A DNA stretch of 64,000 bases, from assembly GCF_009914755.1 (NCBI RefSeq), contig NC_060925.1. The stretch is one strand, 5' to 3'. The DNA is from the human T2T-CHM13v2.0 reference genome, Homo sapiens. The notes under the pieces are model-generated. The model was not told the DNA's origin. It did not search any database and saw nothing but the letters and a program-made list of their open reading frames with translations. This document shows, piece by piece, positions 40,312 through 52,822 of the stretch; within the stretch, counting starts at the first letter, position 1, and every line of letters begins with the position of its first letter. Both the position numbers and the translations under genes were made by a program.

Positions 40312-41759
40312 AGGGATCCAAATCCAGCTGACAATTCAAGTGTTTCTTTGTGAGGAGAGATGCTTGATGGAATAGGAATCTGGTATTCCATTATCCTTAC
40401 TCAATATACCATGTAAAACATCCTAATGTTCCTTCTTACAGCAACCATTCTTCGACAACTGCCTATCATTTTTAGTCAACACACACCCAAACCCACGCAC
40501 ATCTTCTTGTTATCGCTTATGTTTTTTTCTCTCTCCTTGTCCAAAACTGCTGAAGGAGAGGAAACTAAGGATTAAACAATATACTCAAGACATCTTTGAG
40601 ATATAGGAACCCAATGGCTGTGTATTGTTGTTTTATTGGAATTAAAAATTCCAGTTAAAGTTCTGATTAGAACTTTGGCCCTGCCTACACGTCTTTTTCT
40701 TGCTTCTTCAGATGGAAGTGGAGTGACCTTCTGTTTAGGTGTTGTTTTTGTTATGGATGCCCCAGTTTTCACAAAATGATTTTAATCCTGTCCCTCAGCT
40801 CATGTCTGTTCTTTGTAGAACGGAATAACTGCATTCCAGGTACCAGTCAGGGATTGAATTTATGAACTAATTGCAGTCAAAAACCCAACTTAAGAAATAA
40901 TTAAATAAAAAAACACCCCAATACTTTTGGAGGAATTCCTGAAGAATTTGCTGCCAGTCTATTTCTTTAGATTAGTTGTTCTGAAACATGGAGCTGCCAG
41001 GAAACATCAGTATGTTTCTGTTAGTTTTGAGATATGTCCCAGCCGATTCTAAGAGAAAACTACCAAATTTGCCAGTAATTTCATAAAAAGTAACTGGAGT
41101 AAATTCAAGATTATTCATATGACAGTGTTGTCTTCAGTATTCTGTAATTTGATGTACTTTGTCAAGACAAGAGAAAGAAGAGGAGTTAGAACCCAGAAAC
41201 CAGCATGGCTTATTCATGTTGTAGCTTAATGGGCCACACTTCCTAGTACACAGGAAATGCCTGTGCCAATTAGAGAGTACAAGTAAAAGCCCTCTTTCAT
41301 AGTGCAGTAAGGAGCTGTTAATTGAAAAAAGCAGGTTAAAGTGAGGAATTATTAAAAGTTATATAAACATTTAACACTTCTATTGTACACACAAATGTAT
41401 ATGCATTGATGAATCTTTTCATGTAGGGCCAAAGCTTTTTATTTATTTATTTATTTTTTGAGTTTGGTTCTGCCAATTGTCATTCTGCTTTATTTACCTT
41501 GTACAGATCACACTCATAAGCTCATAATACCCTTCCTACTATTTCCAGTTTTGTTTTGTTTTAATTAATGAGAGAATTGAATGACACTCGGGCAGCAATC
41601 AGAGCAGAAGCCTAGATTTTATTCCAGTCTTTTGCATTTATCTTGCCCACACCTAGCTGGACAGCAGTCTAGCAACTTTTATCTAGTATTTCCAAAGTAT
41701 TCAATTTGGTTTGTTTTGTCAAACAACAAACATGTACTTCATTGGTTTATGTAAAATTT

Positions 41760-42388
41760 GTATTGGACAGACTTTGAGGCAACCCCCATGATTCTTGCCT
41801 TCTGATGTTCACACTTTTGCATAATCCCTTCCCCTTGATTGTGAACAGGACCTATGACTTGCTTCTAACCAATGCAATAGGGAAAAGGTGATGGAATTTC
41901 ACTGTCATGATTATATCATATTATATTATATTATATTATATTATATTATATTATATTATATTATATTATATTATATTATACTATCTTGCTAGCAGACTTG
42001 CTCTAGAGACTATACTTGCTGGCTTAAGAAAGTAAATAGCCATGTTGGAGAAGTCCACTTGGCAAGGACCTATGTACAGTCTCTAAGAGGTAAGGGTGGC
42101 CCCTAGCTGACAGCCACCAAGAAGCCAGGGTCCTCAGTACTAACAGCTAAAAAGAAATGAATTCTGCCAGTAACCTGGGTTAGCTCAGAAGTAGATTCCT
42201 CCCTAGTCAAGTATCCAGATGAGAACCATCCTGGACAACACGTTGATTGCAGCCTTACGAGACCTGAGCAGAAGACCCAGTTAAGTCAGGCTTGGAATAC
42301 TGAGCCGCAGAAACTGCAAAGCGACAAATGTATGTTGTAAATTGCTAGGGTATGGTACTTTGTTACTCATCAATAGGAAATTAATATA
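41760..42388 (+). mobile_element. MLT1E/F-type LTR containing (ATATT)n at ~41910-41980
   Basis: gacttgcttctaaccaat...gaaatgaattctgccagtaacctg...tttgttactcatcaataggaaattaata. Confidence 0.8.
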
Positions 42389-43294
42389 TAAACTATTTCC
42401 AGTGGTAACTGCAACTGGCAAACATGTTTGGGACCTAGATAACCTCTGGTAAGCATGATTCTCAACTGCTTGGAGTGTAAGGCTGCAGGGAGCACCACTA
42501 GCCAAGAGCATTATGGGTGCACAGATGTCACTCACTGTGTGTTGCAGAGGGAATGCAGAGCAAAGGTTGGCAGGTTAGTTAGTAGAGGCCAGTTACAAAG
42601 ATGTCTGATATACTGAAATGCTGAGTTGTGATTTTTTAAGTCATTTCCTACAGCTTAACAAATAAATAAAATTTTAACAAGAAAGCAAGAATAGATGAAG
42701 AAAGTAGAAGCAGTAATTCATTTAGATATTCTATATGAGTGTAGGAGAGCAAGACTGATGCCAGGGACTTTTCTGTTAGAGATATATAATAGCAATAATA
42801 CAAATAAATTACAAATGAAACATAATAATGCTACTTATATTAATAACAAGTTCATAAACTTTAAAATCTATATCTTATAGCAAAACCAAAATAAGTACTG
42901 TTTGTATTTATTCTTTATAATATGTTCTCGGAGGCTTGGGGAACACTATTTTTAAAAAATTATGTTCAATTTTTAAAATTACCTCAGTTACACTTAAGCA
43001 TTTTTTCTTATAAAATGACTTCTAAATGTTTAAATGGCTGATTTTACTACTCAGTGCTCATAAAATGATTTTATGAAAGTCATCAAATAATAAGCTACCG
43101 TATTTGACTTGACTTTCTGGAAAAAATTACTTGGTTACATTAAAACCTAGAATCATCAGATTTGTGAATTTTGGTTTTATAGCTATATGTGAATCTTGTC
43201 TGCTCATATTACTTGTGAATTTTATCTGCTCATGTGCCACAGTAAGAAAAAAAATAGGTTGAAATAAGAAGCCTAGATCCTCTGCAAATCTAAC

Positions 43295-43770
43295 CCACAG
43301 AGCCCCACCCCTACTGTCAGCCTGGGAGTCTCTGGGCAGTGGTCACCTGATGAGGTGCCCCCTTGTTTCTCTTTGGGGTTCTCAGGGAGGTGAGTCTGGG
43401 GCGGGTTAGGTAGGCAGAGAGGAGGCTCAGGTGGAGTCAGAAGCCAAGGTAAAAACCCTGAATGTGTTCTGAGGGGACTACCTGCTCAGACCAAGGGACC
43501 CCATGGAGCTCCATTTCTGTTGTCAGTCCTGGGTAGGCCCAGGCAGGGGTGGCATCCTTTCTGTGTCAGAGTGAGAGGCCCCCTCAGCCCTCACTCTGGA
43601 TAATCACCCAGATTCCAGGCACATTCTCCTCTGCTGACCTGAGGGCACGCCACTCAGACCAAGGCCCACACCTCCCTGAGACCCCTGAGGAGGAATTGAG
43701 GGAATATGACTTCTGGCTCCCTCTGCCCAGGACCTCCAGGACTGCCCACGGTAAGGACCCTTTCTCTGAT
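43295..43770. other. GC-rich island resembling the MAGE-family 5' (non-coding exon/promoter) repeat unit; forward copy followed by an inverted copy
   Basis: Motifs ccccacccctactgtcagcctggga, ggggttctcagggaggtgag, caaggtaaaaaccctga..ctgaggggac on +, and ggggtctcagggaggtgtgggccttggtctgag..ccctcaggtcagcagagg on -. Similarity to MAGE is from recall. Confidence 0.65.
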
Positions 43771-43889
43771 GTGACAAATTAGAATCAACAAGATATTTAA
43801 TGAACATTCTACATTTCCTACTGTCCACAGGCATCTGGTATTGTTGAGGATTGGAGCAGGCTTCTCAAAAATTGGCTTGAAAAGGCTTG

Positions 43890-44889
43890 AAAATGAACAA
43901 CTTGATTAACACATAGGTGAAGGATCTGAACAGACACCTCATCAAAGAAATTATATAGATGGCAAATAAGCATATGAAAAGATACTCCACATCATATGTC
44001 ATCAGAGAAATGATAATTAAAACAATAGTGAGATACTGCTACATACCTATTAGAATAGCAGAAGTCCAAAACACAGCACCAAATGCTGGCAAGTTTGTGG
44101 AGCAACAGGAACTCTCATTTGTTGCTGGCGGAAATGCAAATGGTACAGCCACTTTAGAAGAGAGTTTGGCAGTTTCTTACAAAACTACACATATCTTACC
44201 ATATGATCCAGCAGTTGCATTCCTTGGTATTTACCCAAGGAAGCTGAAAACTTACGTCCACACAGAAACTTGCACATGGATGTTTATATAGCAGCTTTAG
44301 TCATAATGGTCATAACTTGGAAGCAACCAAGACGTCCTTCAGTAGGTGAATGGATGAATAACCAATGGTACATCCAGACAGCAGAATATAATTTAGCACT
44401 AAAGGGAAATGAGCTATCAAGCTACGAAAAAACTTGGAGGAACCTTAAATGTGTATTACTATGTAAAAGCCAATCTGAAAAGGCTACATGCTGTATGATT
44501 TCAAGTATGTGACATTCTGGAAAAGGCAAAACTGGTGACAATAAAAAGATCAATGGTTGCCAGAGGTTAGGGAAAAGGGAGGGATGAACAGGTGGAACAC
44601 ATTTTTCAGAGCAGTGTTAGTATTAGTCTATGTAATACTAAAATGATGGGTACATGTCTAAACCCATAGAATGTATAGTAGTAGCAAGAGTGAACAGTAA
44701 TGTAAATGTGAACTTCCAGTGATAATGATGTGTAGCTCCATCGATTATAACAAATGTACCTCTCTGGTTTGGGATGTTGATGGTGGGGGAGGCTCTGCAT
44801 ATGTGGGGACAGGGAGTATATGGAAACTGTTTGTACTTCCTGCTCAATTTTGCTGTGAACCTAAAACTGCTATAAAAATAAAGTCTATT
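43890..44889 (+). mobile_element. L1MC1-like 3' end
   Basis: ORF2 C-terminal peptide (MANKHMKRYSTS...LPYDPAVAFLGIYP) and terminus gctcaattttgctgtgaacctaaaactgct..aataaagtctatt. Confidence 0.85.
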
Positions 44890-45209
44890 ATGTTTATGTG
44901 TATCATAGATATGTATATGTATGTATGTATATGTATATAAAATGACTTCTGGTGCTACTTTGACTTTTCCTGGTTCACATACCTGAGTAAGGCAATTTGG
45001 TCAGTGAATGCAGCTGTCCCTCTGTGGGTCAGATGCTCAGTTTTGACAAGCAATCAGTAGCACGCTAATAGCTAATAGCTTTTTAAAACCTGTTAGCCCT
45101 GTTTGGGAGGTGAAGAGTTCAAAACTCTGAGGAACGCTTCTGAGTGAAGGCTGACTCCCATTGTCCAAGGCTGCAATAGCAAAATCATCAGTTACAGTGA
45201 CTTGGAGCT

Positions 45210-46070
45210 CAAAGGGGCCATTAGGACTGTGGAGCACAAAGGTAGAGCAGACGAGGCTCAGAGTAGGCACTTGAGAGTCATGAGATAAGGCTAGAGAGGT
45301 AAATAGGATCTTGATTTTTTTCTAGAGTCTGGTAGCCAGTGTTCAAGATTAGGGGTTTAGTTCTAATAGCATTGAGAAACCACCAGTGGATGTTAAGTAG
45401 TAGATAACGGATTGGAGGATGGGAGGATAGAAAAGATGTGTGGATAACAGGTTGGAGGATGGGAAGGTAGAAAAGAGAGTCAGAATGGTTGTACCAAGAC
45501 CAGTGAGATTCAGTGTGACAGTAGTGTCAATATGGATGGGTAGACGTTGATGGATTTGAGATAAACTGTGGAGGTGAGTAAAAATGTCTTAATGATGCAT
45601 CGATGTAGAAATTTCAAGAGATGGTGTTGTTAAGGATGATCCTAAAGTTTCAGTTATTAGGGTGCTTGACAGACATATGGAGCTGGGGAAAACCAGTATC
45701 AAATTTGATGTGAGAAATCAAGTATTGGGTTTGAATTTCTGTGAGACAGCCAAGTGAAAATATTGAGTAGGTATATATGGATTGGATATAAATGTTGGGA
45801 TGATAAAGTTAAATTTAGTAGTCAGCAACAAATCGATGATATTTGAAGCCATGATAAATCATTAGGAGAAACATGTAGAGTGAGAAGATAAAGGGGGCTA
45901 AGGGCTGAACCCTGAGGACCTCCATGTTTAAAGGTTGAGTAGAAGGGGAGAGGTTTAGTGGAAGACTGAGAGGGGTCATTTAGGCAGGAGGATGGTCAGG
46001 AAGATGTACTGTCAGAGCCAGAGCAAGAGATGATCTCAAGTGTACTGAAGACCCTGTGTACTGAGAGGTT
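45210..46070 (-). mobile_element. L2 fragment
   Basis: gatggatttgagataaa...gtgagacagccaagtgaaaat...atttgaagccatg...gggctgaaccctgagga. Confidence 0.68.
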
Positions 46071-46387
46071 AACCCGTATGCTCTTTGTCCCAAATTTGAA
46101 ATGAAAATGTGTTTCAAAGTTACAGAAAGTACTTGTCTTGAACATGAATGAATCCACCTTTATATTTTATTTACTGATAGGTAATTTTTAATTATTAAAG
46201 TTGTAAGTATCATGGACTTTATAAAAATTTATTTATATGAATATACATATGCACACATACAGACTCCCTGGGTTTATGTAGGAATTATTGAGAATAGCTA
46301 GGGAAAGCAAGCTTTTTTGTAGGAGGTAAGCCTTAAGTCATTTTGTTTTAATTGGGGTGAACATTTATTGATTCATTTTTGCACATT

Positions 46388-47255
46388 TTATTTCTTTCCT
46401 TAAATTGTGGTAAAATATACCTAACAAAACTTACCATTTTAACCATTTTAAGTATACAATTCAGTGGCATTAAGGTGCATTTACATTGTTGTTCAAACAT
46501 CACCATCAATCTCCAGAATGTTTTTCGTCTTCCAAAACAGAAACTCTGTACTCATTAAACAGTAACCCGCCCAGTGCCCCATCCTTCCAGCCCCTGGCAA
46601 CCATCATTCTACTTTACATCTCTATGAATTTGACGACTCCACTCTAGGTACCTTATATAAGCATAATCATACAGTGTTTGCCCTTTTGTGACTGGCTTAT
46701 TTCAGTTAGCCTAATGTTCTTAAGGTTTATCCATGTTGTATCTATCATGTGTCAGAATTTCCTTCCTTTTTAAGGCTGAATAATATTCCATTGTTTGTAT
46801 AGACCACATTTTGTTTATCTCTTCATCTGTTGATAGACTCTGGTTGCGGGGCTATTGTGAATAATGCTACTATGAACATGGGTGTACTAGTATCTGCTTG
46901 AGTCTCTGCTTTCAATTCTTTGGGTATATGACATATACCCAGAAGTAGAATTACTAAATCATATGGTAATTCTGTTTTTAATTTCTTTAGGAACTGCTAT
47001 GTATTTTTTTTCATGGAGGCTTTATCGTTTGTCATTCCCATCAATACTGCAGAACTGTTCCAGTCTCTCCACATCCCCGCCAACATTTGCTATTTTCTGG
47101 GCAGAGTTGGGGGTTGTTTTTTGATAGCAGTCATCCTAATAGGTGTGAGGTGGTACCTCTTTGTGGCTTTGATTTATATTTCCATAATGATTAATAATGT
47201 TCAACATCTTTTTGTGTTCTTTTGACTATTGTGTATCTTTGCTGCAGAAATGTCA
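46388..47255 (-). mobile_element. L1MB-type 3' end
   Basis: aattgtggtaaaatatac..ttaccattttaaccatttt...ccctggcaaccatcattctact...tttaaggctgaataatattccattg. Confidence 0.85.
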
Positions 47256-48038
47256 CCTCTGAAAGTAGTAACTTTAGATTTTATTCTGATAAAATGCATA
47301 TGTCTTAATATACTTTCAGAATATCACCAATTTTTGGTTCTCCTATTTTCTTGAACAAATTGCTTTATTTGGAAGCTAACATATACTCAAAGACATAGAG
47401 AAAATAATACCAAATTATGCTTTTGAAAAATGTGCCCTATATTGTTTAAAAAGTAAAATGAAAAGGAGGAAAATTTTAACATTTGTGTTTCAAGTCGCTT
47501 CTTGTCATTTTGTTTTTATATAAATTAGTAAATGTGTTTTTATTGTTCTTTAATGTTATTCTACAAATCTACCTAAAAACCTTACTGAATCTTTCATTAA
47601 AATGTCTGATCAGTCAGAAGAGATGACTTTAAAGAGTCAAACCCCTAAGGAAGGTGGTTTCTGGGTAAAAATCATATGAAGGAGCATTTAGTTTCATTTT
47701 CAGTGTTTTTCTTCTGTAGCTTTTCATAAGGAATGGTTAAATAATTGTAAGTTTTACTGTGTATAGTGTATTCACACCACAGACACACACAGATCATTTG
47801 AGTTCATCTACTTAAAATTCTTTTAGAAACCAAGTCACAGCGAAGTTAATGTCACAGTCTAAGTTAACATAGCTTGTTTGTACAGAGTTGGGACTGAGAA
47901 AATATCTTGTTTCAATGCATTGCCAGAATCCTGTAGCATTTTGTAAGCAGATTAATTTCTTCAAATAAATATTTTAATTGGCTCTCTGCTTGCTTGTTTT
48001 TTTTTAACAGAAATATATCTACCTGTTTTCTTTAACAG

Positions 48039-48087
48039 TTATTTCGAGAAGTACGAATAATGAAGATACTGAATCATCCTAATATAG
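48039..48087 (+). CDS. MARK1: MARK1 coding exon 4 (49 nt, phase 0-1): alphaC helix
   Basis: tttctttaacag|TTA...ATAG|gtatga. Translates LFREVRIMKILNHPNI. Confidence 0.97.
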
Positions 48088-48094
48088 GTATGAA

Positions 48095-48126
48095 ATATAT
48101 ATATATTATATATATATATATATATA
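48095..48126. repeat. (TA)n microsatellite just 3' of the exon 4 donor
   Basis: Read directly from the sequence. Confidence 0.9.
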
Positions 48127-48382
48127 ATTAGCGATGAAGTGTTTTCCTTAATTTGAGGGTATTTGAAAAGACACAATGTTTAAGGATAGTTTATTTAGGC
48201 AGAAGAAAAGTGATAACCTGAGTGATAACCCCAGGAAGTGATACTTTGGGTAAAAATAGATTACAAAGAAGCTAACTGGAGGCTACAGATTGCTGTTTTC
48301 TGCTACCTTGCTATCTTCTGCTCTCCACTAAAATAATTGATATCATTCAGAATTAATGCATACAATTTTTTTTAATTTCCTA

Positions 48383-48694
<312 letters not shown>

Positions 48695-49505
48695 GTCTCT
48701 AAATAGATATTGCAGGTCATTTAGGTATCTATAAAAAAAAAATGGCTTTCAGATATTTTGATACTATGCACTTGGGTTTGATCATAGGTTTACAGGCAAA
48801 ATAACTTTGCGTTTTAAAGAAAATAAAAAGTTGATTTCAATTTTAGTAAAATTTTTCAGTAAGTTCTGATTTCTCCCCCTTTGCAAATAAACGTATTGAT
48901 TAGATATATTATTATATGAAATCATTTGATTGTGACAAGTAAAATTCTTTTTAAAATCTGTTTTTTAAAACACTTTTTTTTGCACATTTAAAAATCTTAT
49001 CTGTATATAGTTGTTAAAGTATTTATTTGTGGTGAATATTTGAACTACATAAATTTGATAATTTGGTAATTTTTCTAACCAGAAACTTTCATAATATCAC
49101 AGAAATACAGAAATTCTTTTGTTTCTGTACCAAAGATTATTTAGCATTTTTTGATGTCTCACTGTAATGTAACATAGTCTCTTTTTAAACTTCAGTTTAA
49201 ATTCTGTTTTTCTGATTTTAAGAGTTCCTTTTATTACCTTATTCTAATTTGAAAAAGTAATGGCCTTTTAATCCTAGAAACTTAACTTTTTCAACTCAAG
49301 AAGTTGGTTCTAAATCACTTTGTGGTAAGTAGTTTTCTGTCATAGGAGTAATAATCTTTGAGAGACTTTTTGAACTTAAAATTGTGATTAATAATGTTTA
49401 GCAAGTAGTCAAATTTTCTACTAGTTTAGTGTTACCTTAGATTTTCTTAAAGCATATTCAATCTGTGCTAACAGTTATAGAGTTATATCTCTAATTTTTT
49501 TTCAG

Positions 49506-49571
49506 TAAAATTGTTTGAAGTTATTGAAACAGAGAAGACTCTCTATTTAGTCATGGAATACGCGAGTGGGG
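49506..49571 (+). CDS. MARK1: MARK1 coding exon 5 (66 nt, phase 1-1): beta4-beta5, gatekeeper and hinge
   Basis: tttttttcag|TA...GGGG|gtaaga. Translates (V)[21 protein letters not shown](G). Confidence 0.97.
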
Positions 49572-50586
49572 GTAAGAATGAGGGTGATTGAAAAGTTCTC
49601 TTTGCTGAGACATACAGAAATGTTAACACCTAAGAGTTCATTATGACATTTATGTCTTCAGTGTTAATGAATCTATTGTTTTATCTAAATGCCTTTAAAT
49701 TACATCTTAAGGAAAATTCAGTGTTTACTTTTAAGACCTTTCGATCTTACATTATAAATGGAATTTTTGGCTTATTTACATTTTACTTAGGGACATTTTT
49801 TGAAACGTTAAATTTGTATTTTCATCTTATAAATGTATTGATTCTCTTATCTAAATTTTACTATATCATATCATGATTAGAAACTCTTGGCTATCAGCAG
49901 GGAATCTCAAGTACAGAATGTATTTAATAAAATCTATAATAAAAGCTTGTTCTAGGTCAGTGTTTATTTCACTGATTGTTCACATATGGCAGATTCTCAG
50001 TATACATACATTTCCAAGATAATTCATAAAGTGAATTAAATATTTCAATTTAAACAAGTATTGATCTGTACATTTTATATGTTAGAGGACTGAGTTGACA
50101 GGGAGATAGCAAGATGCATTTGTAGTAGAATATCACATATGTTTTAACTATCATGGTGTCAAAAATAGGAATGATTTTGAAACACTGATATGTGATAGAA
50201 AATCATCTTCATCTCCTGCACTTTCCCTTAAACGAGAAATGTGTCAGCTCAGAATCACTTTTCTTTTAGACTTAGGACTTCACTTTCTCAGAAATGGGTT
50301 GAAAATTTATGGAATTAATCATTTAATAAGTAAAAATAAAGAATACTTAAAGGGAGGTTTTAAGGGCTCAGGATTTAAGCAACTGAAGAAGAAAGAAGGC
50401 AGCTGAAATTATTTGGCTGATTGATTTTTTGCTAATCAATAGAAAAACTTAGTGTTGAACTTACTATTGAGCTCTTTTAGTTAATGAAATTTATAATTTT
50501 TATGGTGATTCAGATTTTATGTGAACTAGAATAAAAAGGATTTATCTAGTCTGTAGCAACTAAACTATATTTATACTGTCTCGTAT

Positions 50587-50926
50587 TTCTTTTCTTTTTC
50601 TTTTTTTTTTTTTTATTTTGAGACGGAGTCTTGCCCTGTAGCCCAGGCTGGAGTGCAGTGGCACGATCTCGGTTCACTGCAAGCTCCGCCTCCCAAGTTC
50701 ACTCCAAGCTTCGCCTCCCAGGTTCACTCCATTCTGCTGCCCCAGCCTCCCGAGTAGCTGGGACTACAGGTGCCTGCCACCGTGCCCGGCTAATTTTTTT
50801 GTATTTTTAGTAGAGATGGGTTTTCACCGTGTTAGCCAGGATGGTCTCGATCTCCTGACCTCGTGATCTGCCTGCCTTGGCCTCCCAAAGTGCTGGGATT
50901 ACAGGCATTAGCCACCGCGCCTGGCC
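50587..50926 (-). mobile_element. AluY with internal 25-bp duplication
   Basis: AluY diagnostic positions. TSD ctc(g/a)tatttct. Confidence 0.94.
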
Positions 50927-52014
50927 TCATATTTCTAAAAAACTACTATAGATGTTAATATATTTAATTGCTTTTGCAGTTGTTTATACAGATTGAATAT
51001 TTTAGTCTTTTTTTTTTTTTTGCAAAACTTTTGTCACCTGAAAAAAATATTTCAGTGTAGGTTCTTTGACTTAACTTGAAAATCTATCATTAATGTTTAT
51101 TATGATAGGATTTTAAAAATTGTATTAAAACAGCCATGTAAATTTCCATAAAATGTGGATCTATAATAAAACTAATGAATCTACAGATACCACATAATGA
51201 ACTATTTCTCTATTTTTATGTCCTTCAGTTAGATTGCTATAATAATCTGTCTCATGGGAACCCCAATTATTATTTTTAGTTTAGTTAGACTCTTTTCTTC
51301 CTTTTAGTGATATAAAATTTAGAGAAAGGGGCTATACCCACTTTGATATGGGAAATCATAGACTGCTAAAATTCTGTAGACACCCTTCTCTTTTTATAAA
51401 GGCCCACTGCAAGGCTTTGTTAATATTAATATGTGTACTGACTTAATGGTTAATGGTAAGTACAGTCAACTCTCTATTGGTGCTAATGAAGGGGAGTAAT
51501 GGCTAGAGTAAGAGTATGTAAGGCCTTCACCACTCTCCTTCAGTAGCATATTTGGGAGGCACAGTGGGGAGTAGTGTAGAGAAATGGGTACAGGAATTCA
51601 GACCACACCAGCCAGTCTCATTAAATCCTGATTCCTGCGATAGGTTTTCTTTGAGTTTGCAAGTTAGTGATTCTGTAACAAAAACCATCATGGTTCTGTG
51701 GCAGTAAATCTAGAATGATTTTCTTGCCTTTTTAATCCATAAATGGCAAGGTGACTCTGGAAAATAAAACACTAAATATTTTTCCTCTGAAATTTCTACT
51801 TAGTTTAGGATCAAATCTGACATGTACACTAGAAAGGTAATGTGAATAAGAATTAAGTCAGACAACTGCCTCTTTGCCAAGAGTTGATTCTGGTTCACTA
51901 ATGGAATGAAAATTTTCAGTGATTAGAAAATCAAAGAAATCTTTTTTTTATTTTGAACCATGTTTAATCCAAAGGAGCCTATTAAAAGTAGGTTTCAGGA
52001 CTACTGTGGAATGA

Positions 52015-52230
52015 TGTGTTTATTCTTCCTTTTGTTCTTTCAAACAACATTTATAAAATGCTTACCATGTGTCAGGTAATGTTCTAGGTGCTGGGAATAC
52101 ATAAGTGAGCAAAGACAAAGTCCCTACCCTCAAGACACTTACATTCTAGTTGGGGAAGTAAATCATACACAAACAATATATGATAAGTACAGGACTATGT
52201 CATGTAAATACCTGGGGTAAGTGTATTCTA
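52015..52230 (-). mobile_element. L2 3' end
   Basis: caacatttataaaatgcttaccatgtgtcagg..tgttctaggtgctgggaatac..cttacattctagttgggg. Confidence 0.72.
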
Positions 52231-52589
52231 GGCAGCACTTAAGAGTAGATCCAAATTTTTTGAACTCTTGTATATATCTTTCCTAGCCTAAACTCACATA
52301 TCTAGAATTAACTGCTATGATGGGTTAACTAGAATTAACAACTATTACCACATATCTAGAATTAACTACTATGATGAGTCAACTAGAGCATCCATTCATT
52401 TCTCTGTTCTCATCATCCCATTTAATCACTTAAGTATGCTTAATATTATATAATATGCTGTCTAACATTGTAGATGTATTAGTTTCATGTGACATACATT
52501 CATTACGTATTTGATTTTTAATATTTTATTTATATCCTAGGATTGATATTGCATATATATGTAATATATCTGTATACCTAGGTACAAAA

Positions 52590-52822
52590 ATGCAATTTAT
52601 TGAGTGCTTACTATATGCCAGTCGCTGTGCTAAGCACATGCATTATTTCATTTAATCCTTACAACAACCATGTGAGTAGACAGTAGGTAGAAACTGAGTC
52701 TTAATGAAGTTAAGAAATCTTCCTAATAATGTCTTTCAGTAGTACTTAGGGCTAAAACAAAATTCATACCAAAATTGGTCTGATTCTAAAGTCTGAGTTT
52801 TTTTGTTTTTACCACTTTGCTA
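52590..52822 (-). mobile_element. MIR
   Basis: tttattgagtgcttactatatgccag..tttcatttaatccttacaacaacc..gaaactgag. Confidence 0.72.

Noticed and set aside
39640-40900. Possible older LTR surrounding the MLT1A
   Set aside because: Composition is suggestive, but I could not match it to a consensus with confidence.
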